A DNA stretch of 64,000 nucleotides from Kofleriaceae bacterium. GTDB lineage: Bacteria; Myxococcota_A; Polyangia; Haliangiales; Haliangiaceae. Positions 47,499 to 59,461 of the stretch are shown piece after piece. The stretch spans positions 1 to 64,000 of the forward strand of contig JABTUH010000016.1 in assembly GCA_015075455.1 (NCBI GenBank). The letters run 5' to 3'. The position numbers and the translations under genes were made by a program. The notes under the pieces were generated by a model. The model was given only the letters and a program-made list of their open reading frames with translations, was not told the origin of the DNA and did not search any database. How positions within the stretch are numbered: position 1 is the stretch's first letter; each line of letters begins with the position of its first letter.

Positions 47499-50400
47499 TC
47501 AGGCCAGCTCGTCGAGGAACTGCTGGGCCTCGGCGAAGGCGGGATCCTCGCGCAGCGCCGATCTTGCGGCAGCGCGGCCGGCCGTCGGTTGCCGCGGGCG
47601 TGCTCGATCTGGCCTCCGCAGTCGCGCCATCGGCCGCGTGATCGGCGGTTGCGGGTTGTCCATGAGCGTGATCGCGCGCAGGGGCTTGAGCGCCAGCTCG
47701 TAGTCGCCGATCTCGGTCGCGAGCTGGGCCAGCTCGGCGGCGATGATCGCGCCGTTCTTGCGATCGACGTCGCGCGACGCCTTCGGCGGCCAGCCGATCT
47801 GGCCGTCGCGGTCGCCCAGCATGCGGCGGCGACCCGGCTCATCGCGCTACTGCATCGCGCGCCAGCTCGGGGTCCGCACGCTTCTGGGCGGCGATCGACG
47901 CCTCGAGCGCCGCCGCCGCCTTCCTCGGTGCGGCCGGAGCCGATGAGGACGTCGACGTGCAGCATCGCGGTCAGGTGGTCGTCGGCGCCGCTCGGCGGCC
48001 TTGCCGGCCGGCACCGCCGCCGCCGCCGCGTCGCCGGCGGCGAGGAGCGCTCGGCGGCGCGCTTGTAGGCGCCGCGAACCGCTCGTCGACGGCGGTGCCG
48101 TGATCGGCATCGGCCATCAGGATCGCGGCCAGCGCCTGCTCGCGGTGCGCGCCCGCGGCCGCCGGTACTGCTCGCGCAGCTGTCCGCCGGATGGCCTCGG
48201 CCGCCGGTTGCACCTGCGGTCGGCATCTCCAGCACGCCGATGGCGTCGGCGGCGGGCTTGCCGGCGCCCGCCGCCGCGTCGGCGGCCGTCGCGCGCGCGG
48301 CCTGGGCCTGGGCCTCGCCCTCGACGATGTAGGCCGGCCCGCGCCGGGTGCAGGCCGCGATGACGGCGTCCAGTGCTCGATGCTGGCGTCCATGTCGCGC
48401 AGGAGGTAGAGCGGATCGGGATCGCTCGGCGACCGCTCGATCCAGCCGACCAGGAGGTCGCGGGCGCGCTCGAGCTCGCCGTGCTCGAACAGGAGCTGGG
48501 CCAGGCGCAGGGTGGCGGACGGCGCTCGCTGGCGAGGTCGCCGGCGGCCTCGGCCCGCGCCCGCCGGCGCTCGCTCGGCCGTCGCCGAGCGCGCTCGCCA
48601 CCCGCGGCCGATCGAGCTGGTACGCCTCGTCGAGGTCGATGACGGCGGTGTCCTCCTGGCCGAGCGGCGGCTGGCGTCGGCTGGCGCGCAGGAGCAGGCG
48701 TCGACCCGGGGCGCGCCCTGGATACGCCGCGCTGTCGGGACCGTCGGCGCCGTCGAGGGCCTCGCCCAGCGAGGCCCGCCGCGCCGGCGTGATCGCCGCC
48801 GGCGGCCAGCGCCGCCGCCAGCTCCGACGACCGGGCCGGGACCTCGAGGCTGGCGGGCGCGCGCGGCGCGCAGGGCGTCGGCCGCGGCCAGGGGCTGGCC
48901 GAGGAAGCCGGTGAGATCGCCGCCGCCTCGCGCAGCCGATCGACCGCGACCGCGGCCTCGGTGGCGCGCGCGGCGTCGCCCTTCACGAGCTCGGCCAGCT
49001 CCAGCCACTGCTGGCTGTCGCGGTAGAACTTCTCGAGGCGGTCGCGATCGCCGTGTCGTCCACGCGGCCCGGTGCGCGGCGGCCAGCCGCGCTGGACGCC
49101 GGCCCAGTCCTCGGCCGCCTCGTAGGCGCCTGGCCAGGTGCCAGCGCAGGGCGGGCGCGGCCTCGGGGGTGCGCGACGCCGCGAGCAGGCGCCATGAGCT
49201 GGGCGGCCTCGCGCGGGTCGCGTCGTCGGCGGTGAGCGACGCCACCACCTGCGCGCAGCAGCTCGCGGTCGTCGGGCGCGATCCCGAGCGCGGTGCGGTA
49301 GACGCGGGCGGCGTTGCCACCGGTCGACTCGACCAGCGGGCCGAGGCGCGCCGCCACGTCGAGCGTGGACTCGCGATGACCGCGGCGCACGGCGTCGTCG
49401 GGCGCGCGCCCACAGCGGAACTCGGCCAGCCCGTCGTCGTCGCCGAGCGCGCGCAGGGTGCGCGGCGAGCAGCGCCGCGGCCTCGAGGTCGTCGACGTCG
49501 TCCGCGAGGGCGTCGCGCAGGACGTCGGCCGCGTCGTGAGGCCGCGCGGCCTCGATCAGGTACGTGCGCGCGGGCGCGGCGCAGCGCGTTGCGCTCGCCC
49601 GGATCGACCAGGGCGGGCAGGGTCGACGGATCACGCTGGCCAGCCGGTCGCCGTCGCCCATCTCGCTCGGTAGAGCGCCACCAGCGGCGCCCACACCGCG
49701 CGGTCGCCGGCGGCGGCGCTCGCGCAGGAGCTCGTACATCTCGGCGGCCAGGCCGTGGGTGGCCGGGTCCTGGGCCGCGCGCGCCGCGACCTGGCCGATC
49801 ATCTCGGATCGCTCCTCGGCCGGCTCGGCCACGCCGATGACCTCGCAGACCAGCTCGCGAGCGGCGCCGCCAGGTCGCCGCTGGCGGCGCGGCGGCCGAT
49901 GAGGGCCAGCAGCGCCCACACCGCGCCGCCCAGGCCGTCGGCGAGCGACTCGCGGGCCGCCGTCACCGCCCGCTCGAGCAGGGCCTCGCCCGCGCCTCGT
50001 GACCGAGCTCGAGCGCGCGATCGCCGCCTCCCGCACCTGCGCCGGCGTGGCGCCGCGGGAGCCGCGCGCGCTTGTCGAGGAAGTCGAGCAGGAGCTCGCT
50101 GTCGCCGATCGTTGCGCGCGACGCGCTCGCGCGCAGCGCCATCACCCGGGCGTCGCCGGGATCGGTGGTCGAGGCGCCGCGCAGGACGCGCCTCGGCCTG
50201 GGCCCACCGCGGCTCGGCGGCGCCCGGCGCTCGATCGGCTCGACGCCCTGGAGCGCGGGCGCGCCGCGCGCGGGGTGGCGATGAAGATCTCCGCCAGACG
50301 GTAGAGCGCGTCGATCTGGGCCGGCGATGCCTCGCCGCCGTCGCTGCCGTCGAGCTGCGAGCCGCGCTGTCGAGCGCCCGCGCCTGCTGCTCGTCGTCGC

Positions 50401-53400
50401 CGACGCGCGCGGCGGCGATCGGGCCTGGGCGTAGTGCGGCCTCGGCCAGGCGGCGCCCAGCATCTCGACCCGGCGGTACAGCGCCAGCGCGCGCCCGGCA
50501 GATCGCCGGCGTCGTTCTCCAGCGCCTCGCCGGCGGCTGAGCAGGATCGCCGCCACCAGCGCCGCGGATCGTCACCGCGCCGCAGCCGCTCGACCACGGT
50601 CCGACCGCGTCGACGCCGAGGCGCGTGGCGCCGGCGCGCGCCGACATCGCGCGCCCGCCCGCCGGTCGCGGGATCGAGGCGGGCCGGGGCCTGGTTGATG
50701 GGCGCGATGATCGCGGCCAGCGCGTCGCCGGAGCGACCGAGCGGGCGTCGAGGACCTCGGCCATGTCGGCGTAGAGGCGAGCCTGGCTGGCGGCCTCGGG
50801 CGCGGCCGCCAGGCGCAGCTCGAGGACGCGCAGGAGCGTCTCGGCCTGGCCGTGGGCGATCAGGCTCCGCCGCATGCGGCGGACCTCGACGTCGGACTGG
50901 ACCGCGGCGTCGATCGCGCTCTCCAGCAGCTCCCGGGCCTGGGTGTCGTCGCCGTGGCCGGCGGCGAGCCGCGACAGCTCGAACAGCACCTCGCTCCTCG
51001 CCCGCGCGCGGCCTCGTCGTCGCCCGGCGGCTGGCGGCGGACCACCAGCAGGTCGCGCGCGCAGGCAGGCGCGCTCGGCGCTTGTCGTCCTGGCCGGCGG
51101 CGCGGCACAGCTCGGCCAGCTCGCGCTGGATGCGGGCGTTCGTTGACGTCCATCTTGGACGCCGCCTCCATCTCCGGCCAGCGCCTCGTCGTTCTTGCCC
51201 TCGGCGTGCGCGCGCCTTGGCCAGCTCGACGTGGAGCTGGGCGCGCTCGGGCGAGCGGCGGCGGCCGAAGGCTCGATGAGCTCGCCGAGGATGGTGCGGG
51301 CCTCGTCGAGGCGACCGGCGATGCGCAGGCCGACCGCGAGCTGGTCGCGCGCAGCTCCTTGTCGCCCGGGTCGAGGGCGAGCGCCTTCGCCAGGGCCGCG
51401 GATGGCCACGGCCGGCGCGTCGAGCTTGCCGGTGTAGATGGCGGCGGCCTCGCGGGCCGGGGCCGGGCCGCGGTCGTCGCGGCGAAGAAGCCGAGCGAGC
51501 GGGTGCGAGGTGGCGCGCCAGGGCTCCCACTGCTCGCCGTCGCGGTAGAGCTGGGCGAGGAGCGTGCGCAGCTCCAGCGCCGGCTCGCGATCGTCGAGCA
51601 CGCTCTCGATCGCGGCGATCGCGCGGTCGGGCTGGTGGGCGGCGAGGTGCGCGCGGGCGCGCTGGTCGACCACGGCCAGGCGCTCGGCGCCGCTCACCGT
51701 CGACAGCAGGCTCTCGAACCACGGCACGGCCTGGGCCGGCTGGCCGCGGTCGAGCTGGAGCCGGGCCAGCCCGCGGAACGGCTCCTGGGTCGGGGCCGGT
51801 CACGGTCCGGCGGTGGCGCGGCGATCGCGATCGCGCGCTCGAGCTCCCGATCGTCGCGCTCGGCGACGACGGCGAAGCGGGCCTGCGCCGGGCGGCGCGG
51901 GCGGCGTCGCCGGCGGCCTCGAGCGCTTGCCGGCCTGCTCCTCGAGCAGATCGGCGAGCGCCCGTGCTGGCCCTTGCCGGCATCTCGCGCGTGGTGGGCG
52001 GCGTCGATCGCCTCGCGTCGTGGCCGGGCTGATCGGCGGGGTCGCGGCGATCAGCGCCTCGTAGCGGCCGCCGGTCTCCTCGACCACGCCGACCAGGCGG
52101 GCGATGTCGAGGCGGAGCTCGAGCCGGCGCGCCGGATCGGGCTCGAGCCCGAGCTGGACGTGGCGCAGGCCGAGCAGCTCGGCGTGGCGGCGCTCGGCCT
52201 CGAGGAGGCGCGCCGAGGCTGGCGATGACCTCGGATCGCCGGCGGCGCTCGGACAGGTCGTGGCGCCGCGGTACATGTCGATGGCGGCGGCGTTGTCGCG
52301 GAGCTCGCTGGACGCGATCGCCGCCGCCCGCATGCGCAGGTCGCGCCGGGTGTCGGCGTCGAACGGCAGCGGCGCGCCGACTCGGCGAGCGAGATCGACC
52401 GCGATCTGGGGGCGGCCGGCGCGCGGCGCAGATCGACCAGGCCGTCGATCGCCCACCGCACCACCGCCTCGGCCGGCCGCGACGACTGGACCACGGCCGA
52501 GCCGCGCCACGCGCCGAGCGGCCCGCCCCAGCACCTGGCCGAGCGACCACCGACGCCTCGCGATCGCCGAGCCGGCTGGCGGTGTCGGCGGCCTCGACCA
52601 GGACGTCTGATCGCGCGGATCGGCGTCGGACAGGCGGCGCAGGACGTCGAGGAGCTGCGCGCTCGGCCCGCCGCCGCGCAGGAGCTCGGCGAGCGCGCGC
52701 AGGGTGTCGGCGCGATCGCCGCCGGCGGCCAGCGACTTCTTGAAGGCGGCGACCGCGGCGTCGCGATCGCCGCGCCGGTCGCGGTGCCAGACCGCGAGCC
52801 GCGCCCAGAGCTGGGCCGCCACCGCCGATCGCGGCATGCCGGCCAGCCCCGCCGCCTGCTCGAGGGCGGCGGCGGCGCGGCGTCGAGCGCGCGCTCGCCG
52901 GCCTGGTCGTAGATCGCGATCAGCCCGTCGTCGAGGCGCTCGCTTGGCCGCGCGGCGTAGCCGGCGAGCGCGGTCGCCGCGTCGTCCCAGCGAGCGGCCT
53001 CGGTCGCCAGGCGCACCACATGCGGCGGCCGCCGCCTGGCGGGCGCGGTCGAGCCGGCGGAACACGGTCAGGTACTCGTCGAGCGCGCGCCGCTGGCGTC
53101 GCGGAGCGGGTCAGCGAGCAGCTCCGCGCGGACCAGGCGCAGGCGCGCGGCGTGACCGCCGGGGTCGTCGGCCAGGGCGGCGATGGCGGCGGCCAGCGCC
53201 CGATCGCGCCACCGCCAGGCGCTCGGTGCGGGCGGCGAGGTCGCGGAGCTGGCCCTCCATGCACGCCGCAACCGCGGGGCGCCAGCGGCGGAAGGCCGCG
53301 TCGCCAGGTTGTCGTCGGCGCCGGCCAGGTCGCCGGTGTGCTGCTGCTGGATCGAAGGCGGCCTCGCGCAGGAGCGCCAGCCGGGTGCGATCGTCGGCGG

Positions 53401-55470
53401 CGTCGAGCCAGACGCGCGCCGGCAGGAGCCAGGGCCCCGGCCCAGTCCTGGTTCTCGCGGTAGCTGGTGGCCAGGGCGTCGGCGGCGTGCCTTGCAGTGC
53501 TCAGGCGCGTCGAGGAGGGTGAGCAGCCCGGCCGCTGGCCTGCTCGTTGACCGGATCGATCGCGAGCGCGGCGCGGAAGGCCGCCAGCGCGCGCGCGCCG
53601 GCTCGCCGAGGTGGGTGGCCAGCGCCTCGCCCAGGCGGTTGAGGCGGCGGGTGGTGCGCTCGACGTCCGTGCCGCTGGTGCGCTCGGCAGGTCGGCGAGC
53701 TCGCGCCAGCGCCCGCCCCCCGGCCAGCAGGTCGGTCAGCGCGCCGACGGTCTCGGGGTCGTCCCCGAACTCGCGCTGCACCCGCTGCCAGGCGGCGATC
53801 GCCTGCTCGGCGTCGTCGATGCGATCGCGATAGACGACGGCGATGCGGGTGGCGAGGTCGGCGCGCTTGCGCGCCGCCGAGACGTCGCGGCTCGCCCGCT
53901 GGTCGAGGGCGACCACCAGCTCGCGCCAGCGCGCCGCGGTCTCGAGCAGGAGGATCGCCGAGTCGAGGGCGCCGAGATCCGACGGATCGCGGTCGATGCG
54001 CTGGCGCCACAGCGCCAGCGCCTTGTCGGTCATCTCGCCCAGGCTCTCGGCCAGGCGGGCGGCCTCGCCGATCACGCCGCGGCGCGTGGTCGCCGACGGC
54101 TCGAGGGTGGTCAGGCGCTCGAGGATGGCGAAGCGCTCGCGCCGTCCGCCGGTCGACCCGCAGTACAGCTCCGACAGCCGCCGGCACACCGGGAGCTGCT
54201 CCTTGTCGCCGGCGCCCGGCAGCTCGAGCGCGCGCTGGTAGAGCTCGATCCGCGCCCTCGTCCGGATCGTCGAGCAGATCGAGGCGGGTGCGGGCGGCCT
54301 CGGACAGGAGCTCGACCTTGCGCGCCGGCATGACGGCGTGCTCGGCGGCGGCGGCGACGCCTGCGGCGATAGCGGCCGGTAGCCGCCGGACCGCTGCGCG
54401 AGCTGGCGCAGCTTCTCCTGGGTGACCGACGAGTCCGGGGTCAGGGCCAGGAGCGCGGCGTAGTGATCCATGGCCGCGGCGTCGTCGTCGAGCTCGGCCA
54501 GGCGGGCGCCGGCCTCCTCGCGCAGGGCCTGGCTGCCGGCCGGATCGAGCTCGATCACGCGCTCGAGGACGCGGATGACCTCGCGGCGCCGGTTCGAGGC
54601 GTCGTAGTGAGCGCGCAGGAACTCGAGGGCGGCCTCGCGCTCGCGCGGCTGGAGTGTGGCTGCGCCTCGATGATGCGCTCCAGCAGGCGGCAGGCCTCGC
54701 GGTCATCCTCGGCGGTGGCGAGCAGCGGGCGGGCCGCGGCCAGCGCTCGCGCCGAGTCCTGAGGTTGTCGCCGAGGTAGCAGGCGGCGATGCGGGCCCGG
54801 CTCCGCGCGCGCTCGCTGGCGTTCTGGGCGTCGAGCCGGCTCTCCCACAGCGCGATCAGGTCGGCCCAGCGCTCGTAGCGCTCGAGCAGGCGCTCGAGCG
54901 ACGCGCCCGAGCTGGGCGTCGTCGGGCGTGAGCGGCAGCAGGCGCTGCAGGTAGACGATCGCCTTCTCGGGCTGGTTGGCGACGTCCTTGGTGAGCTGGG
55001 CGGCCTCGCGCAGGGAGCTTGATGCGGCGGCCCGGGTCGCTTGCCCGCGGTGAGCGCGCGGTCGTAGAGGCGAGCAGGTCGCTCCACCGCTCGTCCTGGG
55101 TGTAGAGGACGCTGAGCCGGCCCAGGGCCGACTCCGAGTGCGGCGCCAGGTCGGGGACCGTGGTGAGCAGGCCCTCGGCGACCTTGGGCTCGTCGCCGAG
55201 ACCACTCGTCGCAGAACGCGCGCGGCGCGATCGCCGATCATCTCGACCACCTGCGGGTCGAGCCCTTCTGCCTGAGGACCTCGCGGAACAGCGCGACGAC
55301 CTCGTCGGGTGCGTCGTGCTCGCGGGCCAGCTCCTCGACCGCCTCCCAGGCGGTGACCGAGTGGGGCGCGCTCTTGACGTCGGCGGCGGCGGACTCGAAG
55401 ACGCTCTTGGCCGCGATCCCTCGTGGGGGCTCGACCCCGCCGCCGGCACCTCCCCGTCGAGGTGCGGGCG
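47499..55470 (-). pseudogene. Giant TPR-repeat protein(s), about 8 kb of TPR-like helical repeats scattered over all three minus-strand frames
   Basis: Successive overlapping minus-strand ORFs (47499-47822, 47971-49413, 48117-50036, 49799-51727, 50142-52550, 51800-53065, 53068-54558, 53501-55087, 54555-55817, 55238-55912) all contain TPR-like segments. Examples are LAQLYRDGEQWEPW, IDMYRGATT, ELYQRALELPG and [27 protein letters not shown]. The N-terminal sensible stretch is GIAAKSVFESAAADVKSAPHSVTAWEAVEELAREHDAPDEVVALFREVLRQKG. Stop at 47499-47501. Confidence 0.5.
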
Positions 55471-55674
55471 CGGGTGAACCTCGCCGGCCGATGCGCTCGC
55501 ATCGTAACACCCGCCGCGCGCGGCCCGCGACGCGCCGCGGCCCAAAAGCGCGCGACGACCGCGTCCGCCGGTTGCGGGCGCGGTGACGCCTGGGGTAACG
55601 AGGGTCGATCGTCCCGCCGGTCCGCCGGACGCTCTTCGTCGCGCGCCCCGCACGCGGCGCCGGCGCAGCCGGTG

Positions 55675-56432
55675 ATGACGGTGCTGTTCGAGGGCGACGA
55701 GCTGGTGGCGGTGGCCTGCCACCGGGGCTCGCCGTCGTCCCCGAGCGCGGCCGACCCGGCCGGCTCGCTCCGCCACCGGCTCGAGGCCGCGCGCGGGAGC
55801 CGCTGTGGGTGGCGCACCGCATCGACAAGGACACCTCGGGGTCGTGGTGCTGGCGCGGACGGCGGCCGCCCACCGCTGGCTCAACGACGCGTTCGCCGCC
55901 CGCCGGGTGCACAAGCGCTACGTCGCGTTCGCGGCCGGCGACCTGCCGGGGACGCGCACGGTCGACGTCCCGCTGGTCGAGGCCCGCCGCGGAAAGGCCC
56001 GACCGGCGGCGCCCGGGGCGCGCGGCAAGCCGTCCGTGACCCGGTTCGTCGCCACCGCGCGCTGGCGGCGCCCGCCCGGCGCATCTCCGCCGACCCGGCG
56101 ACCGCGGCGGTCACCTGCCTCGACGCCTTCCCCGAGACCGGGGCCGCCATCATCAGATTCGCGTCCACCTGCGCAGCCTGGAGGCCCTGATCGTGCTCGA
56201 CGGCCGCTCGACGGCAAGCGGACCTTGCGCGGCATCGCTGACCGGCGCGCGCGTGCACCCGCCTCGCCCTGCACGCGGCGCGCGTCTCGAGCTCACCCGC
56301 CCCGACGGCCGCGCCGCTCGCGATCGAGATCGCCGCTGCCGCCCGATCTGGTCGCGCTCGCCGCCTGGCTCGACGCGACGCGGCGACGGCAACCCGAGGG
56401 CGCCTGACGATGCGAGCTGGCTGCTCGGCTGA
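55675..56432 (+). pseudogene. RluA-family pseudouridine synthase, frame-broken with an in-frame 3-nt duplication
   Basis: MTVLFEGDELVAVA / HRIDKDTSGVVVLARTAAAHRWLNDAFAARRVHKRYVAFAAGDLPG..TVDVPLVEA / ETGAAIIRFAS... should read ETGRxHQIRVHL; the observed catcatcag versus catcag suggests a duplication. HQIRVHLRSLEALIVLDG follows in the next frame. Confidence 0.55.
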
Positions 56433-56439
56433 TCGTGTG

Positions 56440-57400
56440 CGGAGGCTGCGCCGGGCGCCTGGCCGTGGTCCCGGGCCGCGCGCCGCTGGTGGCGTGCGGC
56501 GCTGCGCGCGCGCGCGACCCGCGTGCTCGGCGGCCTCGCGGTGGTGGTGCCCGGCGCACGGCGCACCTCGCCGGCCGCCAACCGCGCCGCGCAGGCGTGG
56601 CGTCCTGGCCGTGAGACGCGCGGCGGCCGGCGACGCGCCGCCGGTCGTGGCCGTCGTCGACGCCTTGGCGCGCGCTGGCGCGCGCGCGCCGCGCAGCAGG
56701 CGAGCGCCTTGCGCCTGGTCGGCGACGACTGGCGTGGCGGCCGCGTCGCGCGCCCGCGTCCGACTGCCGCCTCGGCGCCGCGACGCCGACGCCGGCGCCC
56801 GCGGACTGCGCCGCGCGCGCGCCGCTCGTCCGCCTACGCTGACGCCGCCGGCGATCGCGCGCGGTCGATCGGGGCCGTGCTCGCGCGCGCGCTGCAGACC
56901 GGCGCCACGCGCACGCTCCAGGTGGAGGCGGCGCCGGCGCCGCGCGTCGAGCGCCCGCCGCCTGGCCGCGGCCCCGGCGTCGGCGCGCGCCCGTGGTCGC
57001 CGATCTGTCGCGTTGCGCGCCGCGCTGCGCGCGCCGGCGCGTCGCCCGGCCGCCGGCCGGCGCCGGCGCGCCGCGATCGCCGCCGCGTGCTCGACGCCGA
57101 GGCCCTGGCCCTGGCCCGCGCTCGGTCGACGCCGTGGTCGCCGTCGAGATCGTCGATCTGCTGGCCGCGCCCGAGCGCCTCCTGCGCGCCGCCGCCCGCG
57201 CCCTGCGCCCGCGCGGTCGCCTGATCCTGGCCACGCCCGACCCGTCGCTGGGCACCGGCGACGACGCCCGCCTGCGGGCGCTGCTCGCCGCGGAGGGCTG
57301 GCGCGTGGTCGCCGACCGCGCCGGCTTGCCCTGGATCCGCGTCCACGGCCCCCGCCACGTCCAGGTCTACTTCGTCGACGTGCTCGCGGTCGTCCGCTGA
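56440..57400 (+). pseudogene. RlmA-like class I SAM-dependent methyltransferase (Cys-rich zinc-ribbon-like N-terminus, methyltransferase core), frame-broken
   Basis: N-terminal CGGC...C..A. The C-terminal VDAVVAVEIVDLLAAPERLLRAAARALRPRGRLILATPDPSLGTG resembles the RlmA tail (DAIIRIYAP..ELARVVKPGGWVITATPGP). The end overlaps the convergent ATP-grasp gene by about 30 bp. Confidence 0.4.
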
Positions 57401-58524
57401 CGGCGGCGGGGCCGGGGCTTGACCGGCCGCGCCGGGCCGCGGGCCAGGGCCATGCGCGCGAGCTGCTCGATCGTCTCCTCGAACGTCCGGCCGCTCTTCT
57501 CGGCGCACAGCATGAAGCCGGTGCCCTCGGCCAGGTTGGGGTTGGGGTTGACCTCGAGCACGTAGGGCTCGCCGTCCTCCTCGATGCGGAGATCGACGCG
57601 GGCGTAGTCGCGGCACTCGGTGATCTTGTAGGCGGCGAGCGCCACCTCGCGGATGCGGTTGCCCAGCCGCCGCGGCAGCCCCTTGGCCGGGACCTGGACG
57701 TCGAGGGCGTAGAAGTCGGGCGACAGCGGATCCCACTTGGCCTCGTAGGTGAGGATCTTGGGGTTGAACTCGTCGCCCTCGCGCTCGTCGAACTCGAGCT
57801 CGAGCAGCGGCAGGACCTCGGGCGGATCGTTGCCGAGGATCGCGACGTGGATCTCGCGGCCCTCGATGAAGCGCTCGACCAGCGCCGACTGCTGGTACTC
57901 GCGGAGCACGCGCTCGACCTGGACCTCGAGCTCGGCGTGCTCGTGGCAGACCGCGTCCCTGTGGATGCCGCCCGAGGCGTCCTCGCGGGCCGGCTTGACG
58001 ATCACCGGGTACTGGACCTCGAGGTTCTTCGGCACCGGCAGCTCGCGCACCAGCGTGTACTCGGGCGTCGGCACGCCCTGCGACTCGAGCAGGACCTTGG
58101 TCCGGAACTTGCGCTGGCAGGTGAGCAGGCAGCCCGGGGTGGCGCCGGTGTACGGGACCTGGAGGAGCTCGTAGAGCCCGGCGACGTAGGCCTCCTGCAC
58201 CGGCTTGTCGTTGAAGAACTCGACCAGGTTGAAGACGGCGTTGGGCTTGAACGTGCGCAGCGCGCCGAGCAGCTCGTCGAAGCTCTCGCTGATGTTGACG
58301 CCCTTGACCTTGTAGCCGCGCCCGCGCAGCGCGTCCATGATCGCGTCGAGCTCGTCGGCGTCGGTGCCGATGTCGGCCGCGGTCTCCGTCGGGTTCCACG
58401 GCAGGGGCTGCGGGTCCTTGAACTTCTCGTACGGATCCTCGCCCACCGAGTTCCAGAGCACGAGGATCCGCTCGCCGGAGCCGGACCTAGTTCTTCTTGC
58501 GGGTCGATTTCTTGCGGGCGGCAC
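57367..58524 (-). CDS. Ddl-type ATP-grasp ligase (D-alanine--D-alanine ligase family fold)
   Basis: Intact 385-aa ORF: GERILVLWNSVGEDPYEK... VFNLVEFFNDKPVQEAYVAGLYELLQVPYTGATPGCLLTCQRKFRTKVLLESQGVPTPEYTLV... YPVIVKPAREDASGGI..EIHVAILGNDPPEVLPLLELEFD..FNPKILTYEAKWDP..ARVDLRIEEDGEPYVLEVNPNPNL. The start may lie within the first 20 codons, which overlap the peptidase gene end. Confidence 0.8.
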   Translation of the reverse strand: MPPARNRPARRTRSGSGERILVLWNSVGEDPYEKFKDPQPLPWNPTETAADIGTDADELDAIMDALRGRGYKVKGVNISESFDELLGALRTFKPNAVFNLVEFFNDKPVQEAYVAGLYELLQVPYTGATPGCLLTCQRKFRTKVLLESQGVPTPEYTLVRELPVPKNLEVQYPVIVKPAREDASGGIHRDAVCHEHAELEVQVERVLREYQQSALVERFIEGREIHVAILGNDPPEVLPLLELEFDEREGDEFNPKILTYEAKWDPLSPDFYALDVQVPAKGLPRRLGNRIREVALAAYKITECRDYARVDLRIEEDGEPYVLEVNPNPNLAEGTGFMLCAEKSGRTFEETIEQLARMALARGPARPVKPRPRRRQRTTASTSTK

Positions 58525-59443
58525 GGGGTTTCCTCCGTCGGCGCTTCTGATCGGACGCGTACAGGGGCTGGACGCCCTCGCGCGCGGCCGACCACAGGCT
58601 GAGCAGGATCGCCAGATCGGTCAAGGCGCGGCGCGTGGACGCCGCCGGGACCACCAGGCCGTAGGTGTCGGCCACGAACTCGAGGTTGCGCGCGACCCGC
58701 TTGACCTCGTCGCGCTCGACGGCCCCGTGCCAGTAGACGACGCGGTCGAGCAGGAGCTCGCCGTGCCGGCGCAGGAGCTCGCCCATCGACAGCGCGCCGA
58801 CGTGGAGCGGCGAGCGCGGCCGGCAGATCTCCATGAGGTCGGCCAGGTAGTCGTCCCAGCACGAGCCGAGGTCGCGGTGCTCGGGCCGGCGCAGGAAGCG
58901 GGCCCGCTGCACGGAGAACCGGGCGCGCAGGTCGCGGCGGAAGCGCGGTCGGACCGGGTGCAGGTCGTAGTAGACCGGCAGCTCGAGGGTGTGGGCGAGG
59001 CGCTTGCCGACCATGGCCCGGAGCTCGGCGAGCTGCTCGTGGTCCTCGTAGCGCCAGCGGGCCTCGAGCTCCTTCCAGGTGACGACCGCCACCACCGGCT
59101 CCTCGCGCGAGTCGAGGATCACGAACTTGCCGCTGGCGTGGTGGACCACGGTGATCCAGTGCTCCCACGCGTCGACGCACAGGAGCGTCGGGTAGCCCTC
59201 GGTGAGCTGCTTGACCAGCGCCTTGCGGGCCAGCCGCTCCTCGGTGGCCTCGATGAGCGGCATGTCGCAGGCGTGGGCGCGGGCGGCCCGCGCCAGCCGG
59301 ACCTCGTCGGTCCCCGACCACCAGTGGGTGCGGGCCAGCTTCGTGAGCTGCGCGGGATCGGCGAGCACCCCCAGCACCGTCAGCGCGTGCTTGAGCGCGT
59401 ACGGGCCGCAGGTGAAGTCGTTGGGCTGGCGATAGAGCCCCAC
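58487..59443 (-). CDS. Peptidase_C39-like (papain-fold) cysteine peptidase domain protein with polybasic C-terminal tail
   Basis: MGLYRQPNDFTCGPYALKHALTVLGV is a Q...C nucleophile motif as in the C39-like / BtrH-like families. A candidate His is in DAWEHWITVVHH. An additional roughly 150-aa domain follows, ending KRRRRKPRAARKKSTRKKN. No signal peptide. The gene lies 18 bp downstream of the beta-helix gene and overlaps the ATP-grasp gene. Confidence 0.7.
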   Translation of the reverse strand: MGLYRQPNDFTCGPYALKHALTVLGVLADPAQLTKLARTHWWSGTDEVRLARAARAHACDMPLIEATEERLARKALVKQLTEGYPTLLCVDAWEHWITVVHHASGKFVILDSREEPVVAVVTWKELEARWRYEDHEQLAELRAMVGKRLAHTLELPVYYDLHPVRPRFRRDLRARFSVQRARFLRRPEHRDLGSCWDDYLADLMEICRPRSPLHVGALSMGELLRRHGELLLDRVVYWHGAVERDEVKRVARNLEFVADTYGLVVPAASTRRALTDLAILLSLWSAAREGVQPLYASDQKRRRRKPRAARKKSTRKKN

Positions 59444-59461
59444 GTCCGCACCATAGCGGAA